Positions 9,656-17,515 of a stretch of DNA of 64,000 nt are shown piece by piece. The position numbers were made by a program, and so were the translations under genes. The notes beneath the pieces were generated by a model, which had not been told where the DNA came from, did not search any database, and worked only from the letters and a program-made list of their open reading frames with translations. Each line of letters opens with the position of its first letter. Position 1 is the stretch's first letter. Source of the stretch: Gemmatimonadales bacterium (GTDB taxonomy: Bacteria > Gemmatimonadota > Gemmatimonadetes > Gemmatimonadales > GWC2-71-9); NCBI GenBank assembly GCA_035518815.1, contig DATIXG010000082.1, positions 65,398-129,397 of the forward strand, read 5' to 3'.

Positions 9656-11556
9656 CGCCGCACTCCGGGAAGGAAGAGCAAGGCCAACACCACGAGCACC
9701 GTGGCGCCGATGTACAGGAGTGACCCCGTGACGCGCGCCTGATGGTACGCGCGTATCCGCCGGCCCGCCCGTGCGACGGCGGCGAAGAGCGGCAGATAGA
9801 GACTCGTCAGCGCGCGGTCCACGGTCTCTCGCGACCGCTCCGTGTGTAGCACGGGTTGGAGGATGCGCGTCACGGGCTGGGCGAAGGAGGTGGCCGTGTA
9901 TTGCATGGCTACCGTCGGCGCGGCGTAGGCGCACCCCCAGGTCGCGCTCCTCCGTTGCAACGATCGCCGTCCCACCGCGAGCCGCAATGTGACAATGAGC
10001 GCCGTGGCCAAGGCGAGCAGTGGGCCCACGATGGCGAGCGGCGTCAGGGCGCTCTGCGCCACCTGCACGTCGGCCGCCGGCGCGACGATCGTCACCGCTC
10101 GACCGAGCAGAGCGGCGACGCGACCCGGTATCGCCCCCATAATCACGCAGCCCGCGGCAAACAGCACCGGGGGCAGGACCATCGCCCCGCCCGGAGGCCG
10201 CGCAGCTTCCGCCTCGGCGGTGCGCGCCGAGCCCGCGAGACCAATCCCCACGAGCCGGGCGAAGCACAGCACGGCAAGGCCGCCGGCGAGCGCGACAGCG
10301 ACGATGCTCCCGAGCAATGCGACCCGTGCGATCCCCTGCAGCGCCACGGCCCCGAACAGCAGCCCGCGCACGAGCAGCCACTCACTCGCGAAGATGTTCA
10401 GACCAGGAAGCGAGGCCAAAGCGGCCGCCCCGATGCAGAGCACCGCGCCGACCACCGGCCAGCCGCGCATGAATCCCCCCAAAGCATCGAGGCTCCGACT
10501 CCGCGCGCCTTGTGCGACCGCCCCGAACCCGAGGAACAGGAGCGCCTTCGCCAAAGCGTGATTCCAAACGTGGAGCAGCGCCGCCGTCCAGGCGAGCCCC
10601 GCCAGTACGGGCTGACCCTCCACAGTTGCCAGGAGAGCCACGCCCAGCGCGAGCGTCACGATTCCCACATTCTCTATCGTCGAATAGGCAAGCACGCGCT
10701 TCACGTCGCGCTGCGCGATTGCAAAGGCAACACCGCCTGAGGCGCCTACCGCCCCGAGACCGATCAGCAGGTATCCCCACCACAGGGCGGGGGGGCCGAA
10801 GAGCGGGATGAATCGCGCCAGGCCGTAGACGCCCATGGTGATCATGATCGCCGACATGAGCGCCGAAACGTGCGACGGCGCCGCGGGATGTGCGTCCGGC
10901 AGCCACACGTGCAGCGGCACGATACCCGCCTTGGTGCCGAAGCCGATCAGGGCGAGCCCGAAGAGCAGTCCCGACGGGACCACCGGCCCGAGCGTGGAAC
11001 GGGCGGTGAGGAACAGCGCCAGCAGCACGAGCGCCCCAGTCGCGACATGCCCGGCGACGAGGTATTGCAAGCCTGCTGCGCGAACCGCTGGCGCCTCGTG
11101 ATCGCTCACCACCAGTGCCCACGAGCTCAACGTCATCAACTCCCACGCGACGACGAGAAGCACGACATCGTTGGCCGTGACCACGAGTCCCATGGCGAGT
11201 AGGAGGACGTCGTACGCGGCAAGCGACGGCCCGATCGGTCGCCCGTGCGCGTGCCAGCGCAGGTACGCAACGCCGTAGACCGCGCAAAGTCCTCCAACGA
11301 GCGCCAGAGGGAGGAGGAAGACCGCCGCCAGTGGATCGAGCCGCAGGGCGAGCGCGCCTGCGGGCACACTCCACGGCGCGCGCCAGGACTGCGACACGCC
11401 GCCCGTGAGCGCGTGAGTGGCGGCGACTCCCAACGCGATCGCACCGGCGACAGCTCCCCCGCCGCCGAACAGTGCGCCCGCCCGGTGTCGCCGCAGCAGC
11501 AGCCCACCGCAGGCACCCATGCTCCAGCACAGGAACGCGATCCCGAGCCCGCCCAC
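9652..11556 (-). CDS. Antiporter-like membrane subunit (HyfB/NuoL family), first copy
   Basis: 634 aa with FGTKAGIVPLHVWLPDAHPAAPSHVSALMSA. GTG 11554-11556 overlaps the TAG 11556-11558 of the upstream regulator gene. Confidence 0.8.
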   Translation of the reverse strand: MGGLGIAFLCWSMGACGGLLLRRHRAGALFGGGGAVAGAIALGVAATHALTGGVSQSWRAPWSVPAGALALRLDPLAAVFLLPLALVGGLCAVYGVAYLRWHAHGRPIGPSLAAYDVLLLAMGLVVTANDVVLLVVAWELMTLSSWALVVSDHEAPAVRAAGLQYLVAGHVATGALVLLALFLTARSTLGPVVPSGLLFGLALIGFGTKAGIVPLHVWLPDAHPAAPSHVSALMSAIMITMGVYGLARFIPLFGPPALWWGYLLIGLGAVGASGGVAFAIAQRDVKRVLAYSTIENVGIVTLALGVALLATVEGQPVLAGLAWTAALLHVWNHALAKALLFLGFGAVAQGARSRSLDALGGFMRGWPVVGAVLCIGAAALASLPGLNIFASEWLLVRGLLFGAVALQGIARVALLGSIVAVALAGGLAVLCFARLVGIGLAGSARTAEAEAARPPGGAMVLPPVLFAAGCVIMGAIPGRVAALLGRAVTIVAPAADVQVAQSALTPLAIVGPLLALATALIVTLRLAVGRRSLQRRSATWGCAYAAPTVAMQYTATSFAQPVTRILQPVLHTERSRETVDRALTSLYLPLFAAVARAGRRIRAYHQARVTGSLLYIGATVLVVLALLFLPGVRR

Positions 11557-12254
11557 TAGGGCTCGTCGCTCGCAGGCCGCGGGCCGCTCGCTCGCTCGAG
11601 CGTGCGCACCCGTGTCAGAATGTCCGCCGCGGGGGACCGTCGAACGAGCAGCTTCCGCAGACTCTCATCGTGGAGCGCGAAACCGAGCTGCCCGAGAATC
11701 CGGAGGTGCGCCGGGACGTTTGGGCTCACCACCGTGAACAGGGCGTGCACCGGCTTGGCGTCCACCGCATCGAAGTCCACCGGGTCGCGCAGCAGACACA
11801 GGCTCACGAACGGGGCGGTGACGTGCAGCAGGATCGGATTGCGCACGTGTGGGATCGCGATTCCGTCACCGATCCCGGTGGAGCCCATGGCCTCCCGCGC
11901 CTCGAGTGTCGTCACCAGGAACTCCCGGTCGATCTCGGCCGGCAACGGGAGGCGCTGAACGATCTCGCGCAGCACACTCGCCTTGTCCCTGCCCCCCACC
12001 TCGTGATGAATCCCGCCTGCGGACAAGAGCTCGGACAGCGGGGGGACCCGTTCCGGCTGCCGCTGCGCCTGCTCCAGCAGCGTTCGCGATACCGGGATCC
12101 CGTTCTCGGTGGCCCACTCCCAAAGCTCGATGGCGTTCAGATGCAGTCGTTCATTCACGCGATGGACGGGGAGACCGCGGCGCTGAATCCAGCGCCGCAC
12201 CGTCGCCTCGTCCACCCCCAGGTAGGAGGCCGCCTCGCGCACCGTCAGCTGCAT
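11556..12254 (-). CDS. Fusion regulator: excisionase/MerR-type HTH + PTS EIIA(Ntr)-like domain
   Basis: ATG 12252-12254. The N-terminus LTVREAASYLGVDEATVRRWIQRRGLPVHRV is an HTH. The C-terminal ~150 aa are PtsN/EIIA-2-like, including GIGDGIAIPHVRN (phosphorylatable His context). Confidence 0.75.
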   Translation of the reverse strand: MQLTVREAASYLGVDEATVRRWIQRRGLPVHRVNERLHLNAIELWEWATENGIPVSRTLLEQAQRQPERVPPLSELLSAGGIHHEVGGRDKASVLREIVQRLPLPAEIDREFLVTTLEAREAMGSTGIGDGIAIPHVRNPILLHVTAPFVSLCLLRDPVDFDAVDAKPVHALFTVVSPNVPAHLRILGQLGFALHDESLRKLLVRRSPAADILTRVRTLERASGPRPASDEP

Positions 12255-12533
12255 GTTCGAACGGCTGTCATCGTGTGGGCACGGAGGTGTGGATCGGCCG
12301 TGTCGAGCCGGGGCGGAGCGACCGCTCTCGTGGACAGGCCCGCAACGTCCTGTGCAACCCGGAAAAGAGCATGACGGCGGAGCAAGATAGCTGGCAGCGA
12401 TGAAAATTCCATGAAGAGCCGCCTCGGCGAGCATCGGCTGCAGGAAGTGAGCCCATGGAGGCGCACAAGGCACGAAAGACGTCCCTTTGCCTTCAGAATG
12501 TCACTAAGAACGTGTCAAGATTGCGAGAACTGC

Positions 12534-12562
12534 TTGACCCCTCGGCCGGCGCGGGATACGTT
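12534..12562 (+). promoter_or_regulatory. Candidate sigma70-type promoter of glnK (TTGACC-N17-TACGTT)
   Basis: TTGACC 12534-12539, a 17-nt spacer, then TACGTT 12557-12562. It ends 8 nt before the glnK ATG, and no Shine-Dalgarno lies between them. Confidence 0.35.
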
Positions 12563-12570
12563 CTCGCCCC

Positions 12571-12981
12571 ATGAAACTCATCACTACTATCGTCCGCCCC
12601 GAACGCCTTCCCGAAGTCAAGGAAGCGCTGTTCCGGGCCGGCGTCACGGGCATCACCCTCACCCGTGTGAGTGGCCACGGCGGTGAGCAGGAAGTCGTGG
12701 GACAGTACCGCGGCACGACGGTGGTCATGGAGTTCCACGAGAAGGTGAAGATCGAGATGGTCTGCTCCGAGCCGTTCGTCGAGGCGACCATCAAGGCGAT
12801 TCTCTCCTCCGCGCGCACCGGCGAGGTGGGAGACGGCAAGATCTTCATCCAGCCGATCGAGCGCGTGATCCGGATCCGCACCGGCGAAGTGGACAACGCC
12901 GCCCTGACGGCCGTCAACGCGGACGAGGTGCAGCGCCATGCGCTCGAGCACGCGCAGCAGGCCAAGGGAGGGGCGTCATGA
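12571..12981 (+). CDS. glnK: P-II nitrogen regulatory protein
   Basis: MKLITTIVRPERLPEVKEAL..., a T-loop with GQYRG (conserved Tyr) and GDGKIFIQPIE. It overlaps amtB by 4 nt (the typical glnK-amtB pair). 136 aa, i.e. about 24 aa longer than canonical P-II. Confidence 0.9.
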   Translation: MKLITTIVRPERLPEVKEALFRAGVTGITLTRVSGHGGEQEVVGQYRGTTVVMEFHEKVKIEMVCSEPFVEATIKAILSSARTGEVGDGKIFIQPIERVIRIRTGEVDNAALTAVNADEVQRHALEHAQQAKGGAS

Positions 12982-14327
12982 CGCTGCCCGCCCTGGTGGA
13001 TACGCCTGTGGTCTCGAGCGGCGACACGGCGTGGGTGCTCACGGCATCCGCACTCGTCATGGTCATGACCGTTGGCCTCGGATTCTTCTACGGCGGACTC
13101 GTCCGGCCCAAGAATGCCCTCAACACGATGATGATGAGCATCGTCGCCCTCGGCATCATCAGCGTGCAGTGGGTGCTGTTCGGCTACTCGATCGCGTTCG
13201 GCCATGGGACGCCGCTGTGGGGCGGCCTGGGGTGGTTCTTGTTCAAAGGCGTGGGGGTCGATCCCGACCCGGCCTATGCGGCCACCATCCCGCTCCATGC
13301 CCACGCGATGTTCCAGCTGATGTTCGCCATTATCACGCCCGCCCTGATTTCGGGCGCGATCGCCGAGCGGATGCGGTTCCGCGCGTACGTCGCCTTCATC
13401 TTCCTCTGGGCCACGTTCGTGTATGACCCGCTGGCGCACTGGGTGTGGGGCACGGGCGGCTGGCTCCTGTCACGCGGCGCCCTGGACTTCGCCGGCGGCA
13501 CCGTCGTGCACATCAGCGCGGGCTTCTCGGCCCTGGTGGCGGCGCGGATGCTCGGGCCGCGCAAGGACTTCAAGCGCGTCCCGATCGTCCCGCACAACGT
13601 GCCCCTCGTGCTGCTTGGCGCCGGCCTCTTGTGGTTCGGGTGGTTCGGCTTCAATGCCGGCTCCGCGCTGGCCGCGAACGGCCTTGCCGCGCTGGCGTTC
13701 ACGAACACGAACACGGCGGCCGCGATGGCGATGGTCACGTGGGTGATCCTCGACTGGATGCGGACGGGTAAGGCCACCGCCGTCGGTGCGGCCACCGGTC
13801 TCGTGGTCGGGCTCGTCGCGATCACGCCGGCCGCCGGCTACATCAGCGCGCCGGCGTCTCTCGCCGTCGGCATCCTGGGCGTGCTCGTCAGCTACACGGC
13901 GATTCAGATCCGCGCCAAGACCTCGCTCGACGACTCGCTCGACGTGTTCTCCTGCCACGGGCTCGCCGGCGTGGCCGGGGCGCTGCTCACGGGCGTGTTC
14001 GCCCAGAAGGCCATCAACCCGGCCGGCAACGACGGCTGGTTTGCCGGCAACTTCGCTCAAATGGGTACGCAGGTTATTGCGATCCTCGCGGCCATCGGCA
14101 TCTCGGTCGTGGGGACGGTGATTCTGATGGTGCTCGTCAACGCGACGCTGGGCGCCAAGGCGGCCGTGCGTGATGAGCTCACCGGGCTCGACCTGAGCGA
14201 GCACGGGGAGGAGGCCTACTTCGGAGCGGATGTGGGCGGGACGGCGAGTGCTGGAACGGCGCTTGGCGCGGGCGTCATTGTGTCGAGCGCCGGCGGCGAG
14301 CACGGGAAAAAAGCGGCTGTGGCCTGA
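12978..14327 (+). CDS. amtB: Ammonium transporter
   Basis: 449 aa, Amt/MEP family. Motifs FAGGTVVHISAGFSALV and VFSCHGLAGVAGALLTGVF carry the twin-His context. Confidence 0.9.
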   Translation: MTLPALVDTPVVSSGDTAWVLTASALVMVMTVGLGFFYGGLVRPKNALNTMMMSIVALGIISVQWVLFGYSIAFGHGTPLWGGLGWFLFKGVGVDPDPAYAATIPLHAHAMFQLMFAIITPALISGAIAERMRFRAYVAFIFLWATFVYDPLAHWVWGTGGWLLSRGALDFAGGTVVHISAGFSALVAARMLGPRKDFKRVPIVPHNVPLVLLGAGLLWFGWFGFNAGSALAANGLAALAFTNTNTAAAMAMVTWVILDWMRTGKATAVGAATGLVVGLVAITPAAGYISAPASLAVGILGVLVSYTAIQIRAKTSLDDSLDVFSCHGLAGVAGALLTGVFAQKAINPAGNDGWFAGNFAQMGTQVIAILAAIGISVVGTVILMVLVNATLGAKAAVRDELTGLDLSEHGEEAYFGADVGGTASAGTALGAGVIVSSAGGEHGKKAAVA

Positions 14328-14351
14328 GCGGCGTCGCTGCCTGAGGTGAGC

Positions 14352-14381
14352 GCGAGGGGTCCGGTGTTCCGGGCCCCTCGC
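14352..14381. terminator. Hairpin terminator between convergent amtB and the 14397-14696 gene
   Basis: 13-bp GC-rich stem (GCGAGGGGUCCGG/CCGGGCCCCUCGC, one G-U pair) with a 4-nt loop, followed by TTCGCTTCT. Confidence 0.6.
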
Positions 14382-14396
14382 TTCGCTTCTGCAGCG

Positions 14397-14696
14397 TCAG
14401 TGCCCTGCCGCGCGATGCACCTTGCCGCCCATGATGCGGAATCCGATCATCACCGCCACCGGCAGGAGCAGGAGCGAGGCCACGCTCGCCTTCACATGGC
14501 CCATCGCTGTGTCCGGTCCCGTCAGCTGATACACCACTCGCCAGACGACGACGAACAACACGTAGCTGAGCAACAACCCAATGAACTGCCGAAGCCCCGA
14601 TCCACCCGACACCTCCATATCGATCCCGCCGAAGTAGATCGCCACCGCGAACCAAAACAAGGTCAAGGGCAAGAGCCAGTCGGTAGTGATCGTCAT
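14397..14696 (-). CDS. Small integral membrane protein, unknown function
   Basis: 99 aa with three hydrophobic segments. A strong SD (AAGGAGGG) lies 5-6 nt upstream of ATG 14694-14696. Confidence 0.65.
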   Translation of the reverse strand: MTITTDWLLPLTLFWFAVAIYFGGIDMEVSGGSGLRQFIGLLLSYVLFVVVWRVVYQLTGPDTAMGHVKASVASLLLLPVAVMIGFRIMGGKVHRAAGH

Positions 14697-14742
14697 TGAC
14701 CCTCCTTGTGAGAACGCGTTGCAGCGTGGTCCTGCAGCGGGG

Positions 14743-15324
14743 CTAATCGTACGGCTCGGTGCGACAGCGCGTCAACTCGGCAAAGTGGGGTTGCTCGACC
14801 GTGTAGTAGAAGGCCAGGATGGCCGCATGATCGAAGGCCGCCGCGATCAGGCCCGGCAGGGAGGCCACCGCCAGGGCGAGGCCGTAGGTGGGCAGATAGC
14901 CCACCGTATACATCGGGTTCCTGAGCACGCGATAGGGCCCGCCGGCCGGGGGAGGAGGTGAGGCGGGGACTGCGAAGAAATTGTACCAGTAGTAGGCGCG
15001 GCCTCCCAGCGTCGCCGCCGCCCAGAGCTTGGTCGCCCCACCCACGACGATCAACACCGCACCCGTGCCGAGCAGCCAGGAGCCGGGCAGATCGAGGGAG
15101 AGGGTGTGGGCGCTCGCGAAGCACAGCACCACGAAGCTCACGGCGTCGTTGTTCATCACGAGCGCCGCGACCCGCCGGAAGCGCCGGAACCCGCCTTCCA
15201 CGCCCCAGCGCTCCGTGAAGTAGCCGTGCCGCTCCTGCGCTGACAGCGCCCGCCCCACGTACAGCACGTAGGCGAGCCGGCTCGCGATGTGATATCCGAG
15301 AATCACCCAGGCGGTAGTGTTCAC
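14743..15324 (-). CDS. Membrane methyltransferase-family protein (PEMT/ICMT-like)
   Basis: 193-aa hydrophobic ORF. GGPYRVLRNPMYTVGYL resembles the ICMT/phospholipid methyltransferase signature. GTG start. Confidence 0.5.
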   Translation of the reverse strand: MNTTAWVILGYHIASRLAYVLYVGRALSAQERHGYFTERWGVEGGFRRFRRVAALVMNNDAVSFVVLCFASAHTLSLDLPGSWLLGTGAVLIVVGGATKLWAAATLGGRAYYWYNFFAVPASPPPPAGGPYRVLRNPMYTVGYLPTYGLALAVASLPGLIAAAFDHAAILAFYYTVEQPHFAELTRCRTEPYD

Positions 15325-15345
15325 AGAAAGGCTTCGACTCTCGTC

Positions 15346-16107
15346 TTAGGGCCGCCCGTACACGTGAATCAGCGACCGGCTCTGAGCGGGGGTCTCCTTG
15401 AACGGGCTTCGGTAGGAGAACTCGATCCGACGCACCACACCGCCGGCGCCGGGCAGGTCCACCTCCCGCCCCTTTCGTAGCGCCAGGGGGACTGATGCAG
15501 GCAGCTGGACCGTCTCGCCGTTGCTGTAGGTAACCTTGATCTTGGACAGGTCGACCTCATTGGAGTCGGCCCAGAAGCGAAGGGCGCGGACCGTGTCGTC
15601 GCTCGCCGACTCGATGACACCCTGATCGTGGGCAAAATCGACCACCCGGCCACCGAGGTGAACCCAGTTGACCTCAGGCGTGGGTTGGAGAGCCAGCCGC
15701 CCGTAGACCTCGAACAGCGGAGCGATCCCCGGCGTGAGACTCTTGTACGTGAATCCCACGCGGCGAATGGCGTGCGAAGCATCCGGGAGCTTGATAAGCG
15801 AGCTGCGCGATCCCTTGCGGAACCGCAGCTTCGTGGAGGACGACCAGACGGTCCCGTTGTCGAAGGCGAGGCGGAGATCCTGCACGTCCAGATCGCCCGT
15901 GTCCACGTCGATCCGAATCTCGTTCACCATGGGCGAGCGCAGCACTTCAACCGTGTTTTCCCATCCCCCCGGCTTCAGCCGCACGTTCCCGAGTGTGTCC
16001 CAGACCTGGGCCGCGACCGTGGCGCTGGGCACGAGTGCACCGACCAGGACCATCGCGATCAGCCGTCGTGGGACGTGTCGGGCCACTGCTCTCTCCGTGC
16101 CGGTCAC
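15346..16107 (-). CDS. Secreted protein with two tandem ~100-aa repeats (DUF2541-like), unknown function
   Basis: Signal-like N-terminus (LIAMVLVGALVPSATVAAQ). Two internally similar halves both end ...LP....(I/V)RR(V/I).F.Y(K/R)S. Confidence 0.6.
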   Translation of the reverse strand: MTGTERAVARHVPRRLIAMVLVGALVPSATVAAQVWDTLGNVRLKPGGWENTVEVLRSPMVNEIRIDVDTGDLDVQDLRLAFDNGTVWSSSTKLRFRKGSRSSLIKLPDASHAIRRVGFTYKSLTPGIAPLFEVYGRLALQPTPEVNWVHLGGRVVDFAHDQGVIESASDDTVRALRFWADSNEVDLSKIKVTYSNGETVQLPASVPLALRKGREVDLPGAGGVVRRIEFSYRSPFKETPAQSRSLIHVYGRP

Positions 16108-16269
16108 GGTCTAGCATCGCCCCCGCCCGGATCGTTCGCAAGGGGCACGGCCCGCGCATTCCGTCATTTCCATTTACTCGCAGACAGTAACGGTCGTGCA
16201 ACAAGAGGCCCCGGTCGGGTCAACGACTCGCGGCCCCCGCCGTCGCGTGGGCGCTGTTACTGTCGAAAG

Positions 16270-16341
<72 letters not shown>

Positions 16342-16353
16342 CGGACGGTGAAC

Positions 16354-17514
16354 TTACGCCGGCGCCGTAACTTCGTTCAAGACCTGCGGGCTGCTCGCCG
16401 CTTCGGCGTCCGCCGCCGGCTGTAGCTCGATCACGGTGATCTCAGCCGGCGCCCCGAGGCGCAGTGGCGGACCCCAGTACCCCGTGCCGCGACTCACGTA
16501 CAGCCACATCGCTCCCACTCGATGCAACCCGTGCGCAAACGGCTGGAACAGGCGTACGAGCACGTTGAAGGGAAAGTACTGGCCGCCGTGCGTGTGGCCC
16601 GACAGCTGCAGATCGAATCCCACTTCGCGGGCCGCGAACGCGCTCCGCGGCTGGTGCGCGAGCAACACCTTCACGTCGCTCGGCGGAGCACCCGCGACCG
16701 CAGTCGCGGGATTGGATGCATGTCCTCTCACCAGGTGGCCCGTGCTCCTGTCCGTTACTCCCGCGACGAGAAGCCGTGCCGACCCCCGCGCGATGACCCG
16801 GTGCGCGTTCGTGAGCACCGTGAAACCCAGCCGCTCGAGCTCCCGCAGCCACCCCGGCGCGTCCCAGTAATACTCGTGATTGCCGCTCACGAAGAACTTC
16901 CCCTCGGGCGCGCGGAGCCTGGCCAGTGGCGCCACTTCCATGGCAAGCGCCGCGACCCGACCGTCCGCCACGTCGCCCGTGAACGCGATGAGGTCGGGAT
17001 CGAGCGCGTTCACCGCGTCGACGACCGCGTCCACGAAAGGCCGCTTGATGGTGGCGCCGACGTGGAGGTCGGAGATCTGCGCGATACGGAATCCGGCGAG
17101 CGCTGGCGGCAACCCGACGATCGGTACCACCACGCGGACGATGCGCGGCCGCCGCGCCCGCCATGTCCCCAGCGCCGTGAGCGCCACCGCGCTGACCACG
17201 AGTGCCATCGAGACCACGCGCGCCGCCACCCAGCCCCGGACCCACAGGAGGTCGGCCGCGAGCACCAGCACGATCAGGATGGACGACAGGCCCATGGCCG
17301 TGAAGCCGCCCCAGTACAGCACGGTCCCCGCGAGCTTCCGCTCCGCGGACAGCGCCGCGAACGCGGCGAGGGGCGCGAGCCCCAGCGCCACGACGCCGAG
17401 CCAGGCAAGAGCCAGCCCGACTCCGCCCAAACCCGCGCCGCTGAGCAGCCGCACACCCACATAGATGTGCAGCAGTATCCACACGCTCATCACCACGGCC
17501 AGGCGCTTGCGCAT
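16354..17514 (-). CDS. Membrane-anchored metallophosphoesterase
   Basis: N-terminal TM segments, then calcineurin-like motifs ISDLHVG, TGDVADG, GNHEYY and GHTHGGQ. Confidence 0.8.
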   Translation of the reverse strand: MRKRLAVVMSVWILLHIYVGVRLLSGAGLGGVGLALAWLGVVALGLAPLAAFAALSAERKLAGTVLYWGGFTAMGLSSILIVLVLAADLLWVRGWVAARVVSMALVVSAVALTALGTWRARRPRIVRVVVPIVGLPPALAGFRIAQISDLHVGATIKRPFVDAVVDAVNALDPDLIAFTGDVADGRVAALAMEVAPLARLRAPEGKFFVSGNHEYYWDAPGWLRELERLGFTVLTNAHRVIARGSARLLVAGVTDRSTGHLVRGHASNPATAVAGAPPSDVKVLLAHQPRSAFAAREVGFDLQLSGHTHGGQYFPFNVLVRLFQPFAHGLHRVGAMWLYVSRGTGYWGPPLRLGAPAEITVIELQPAADAEAASSPQVLNEVTAPA

Positions 17515-17515
17515 G

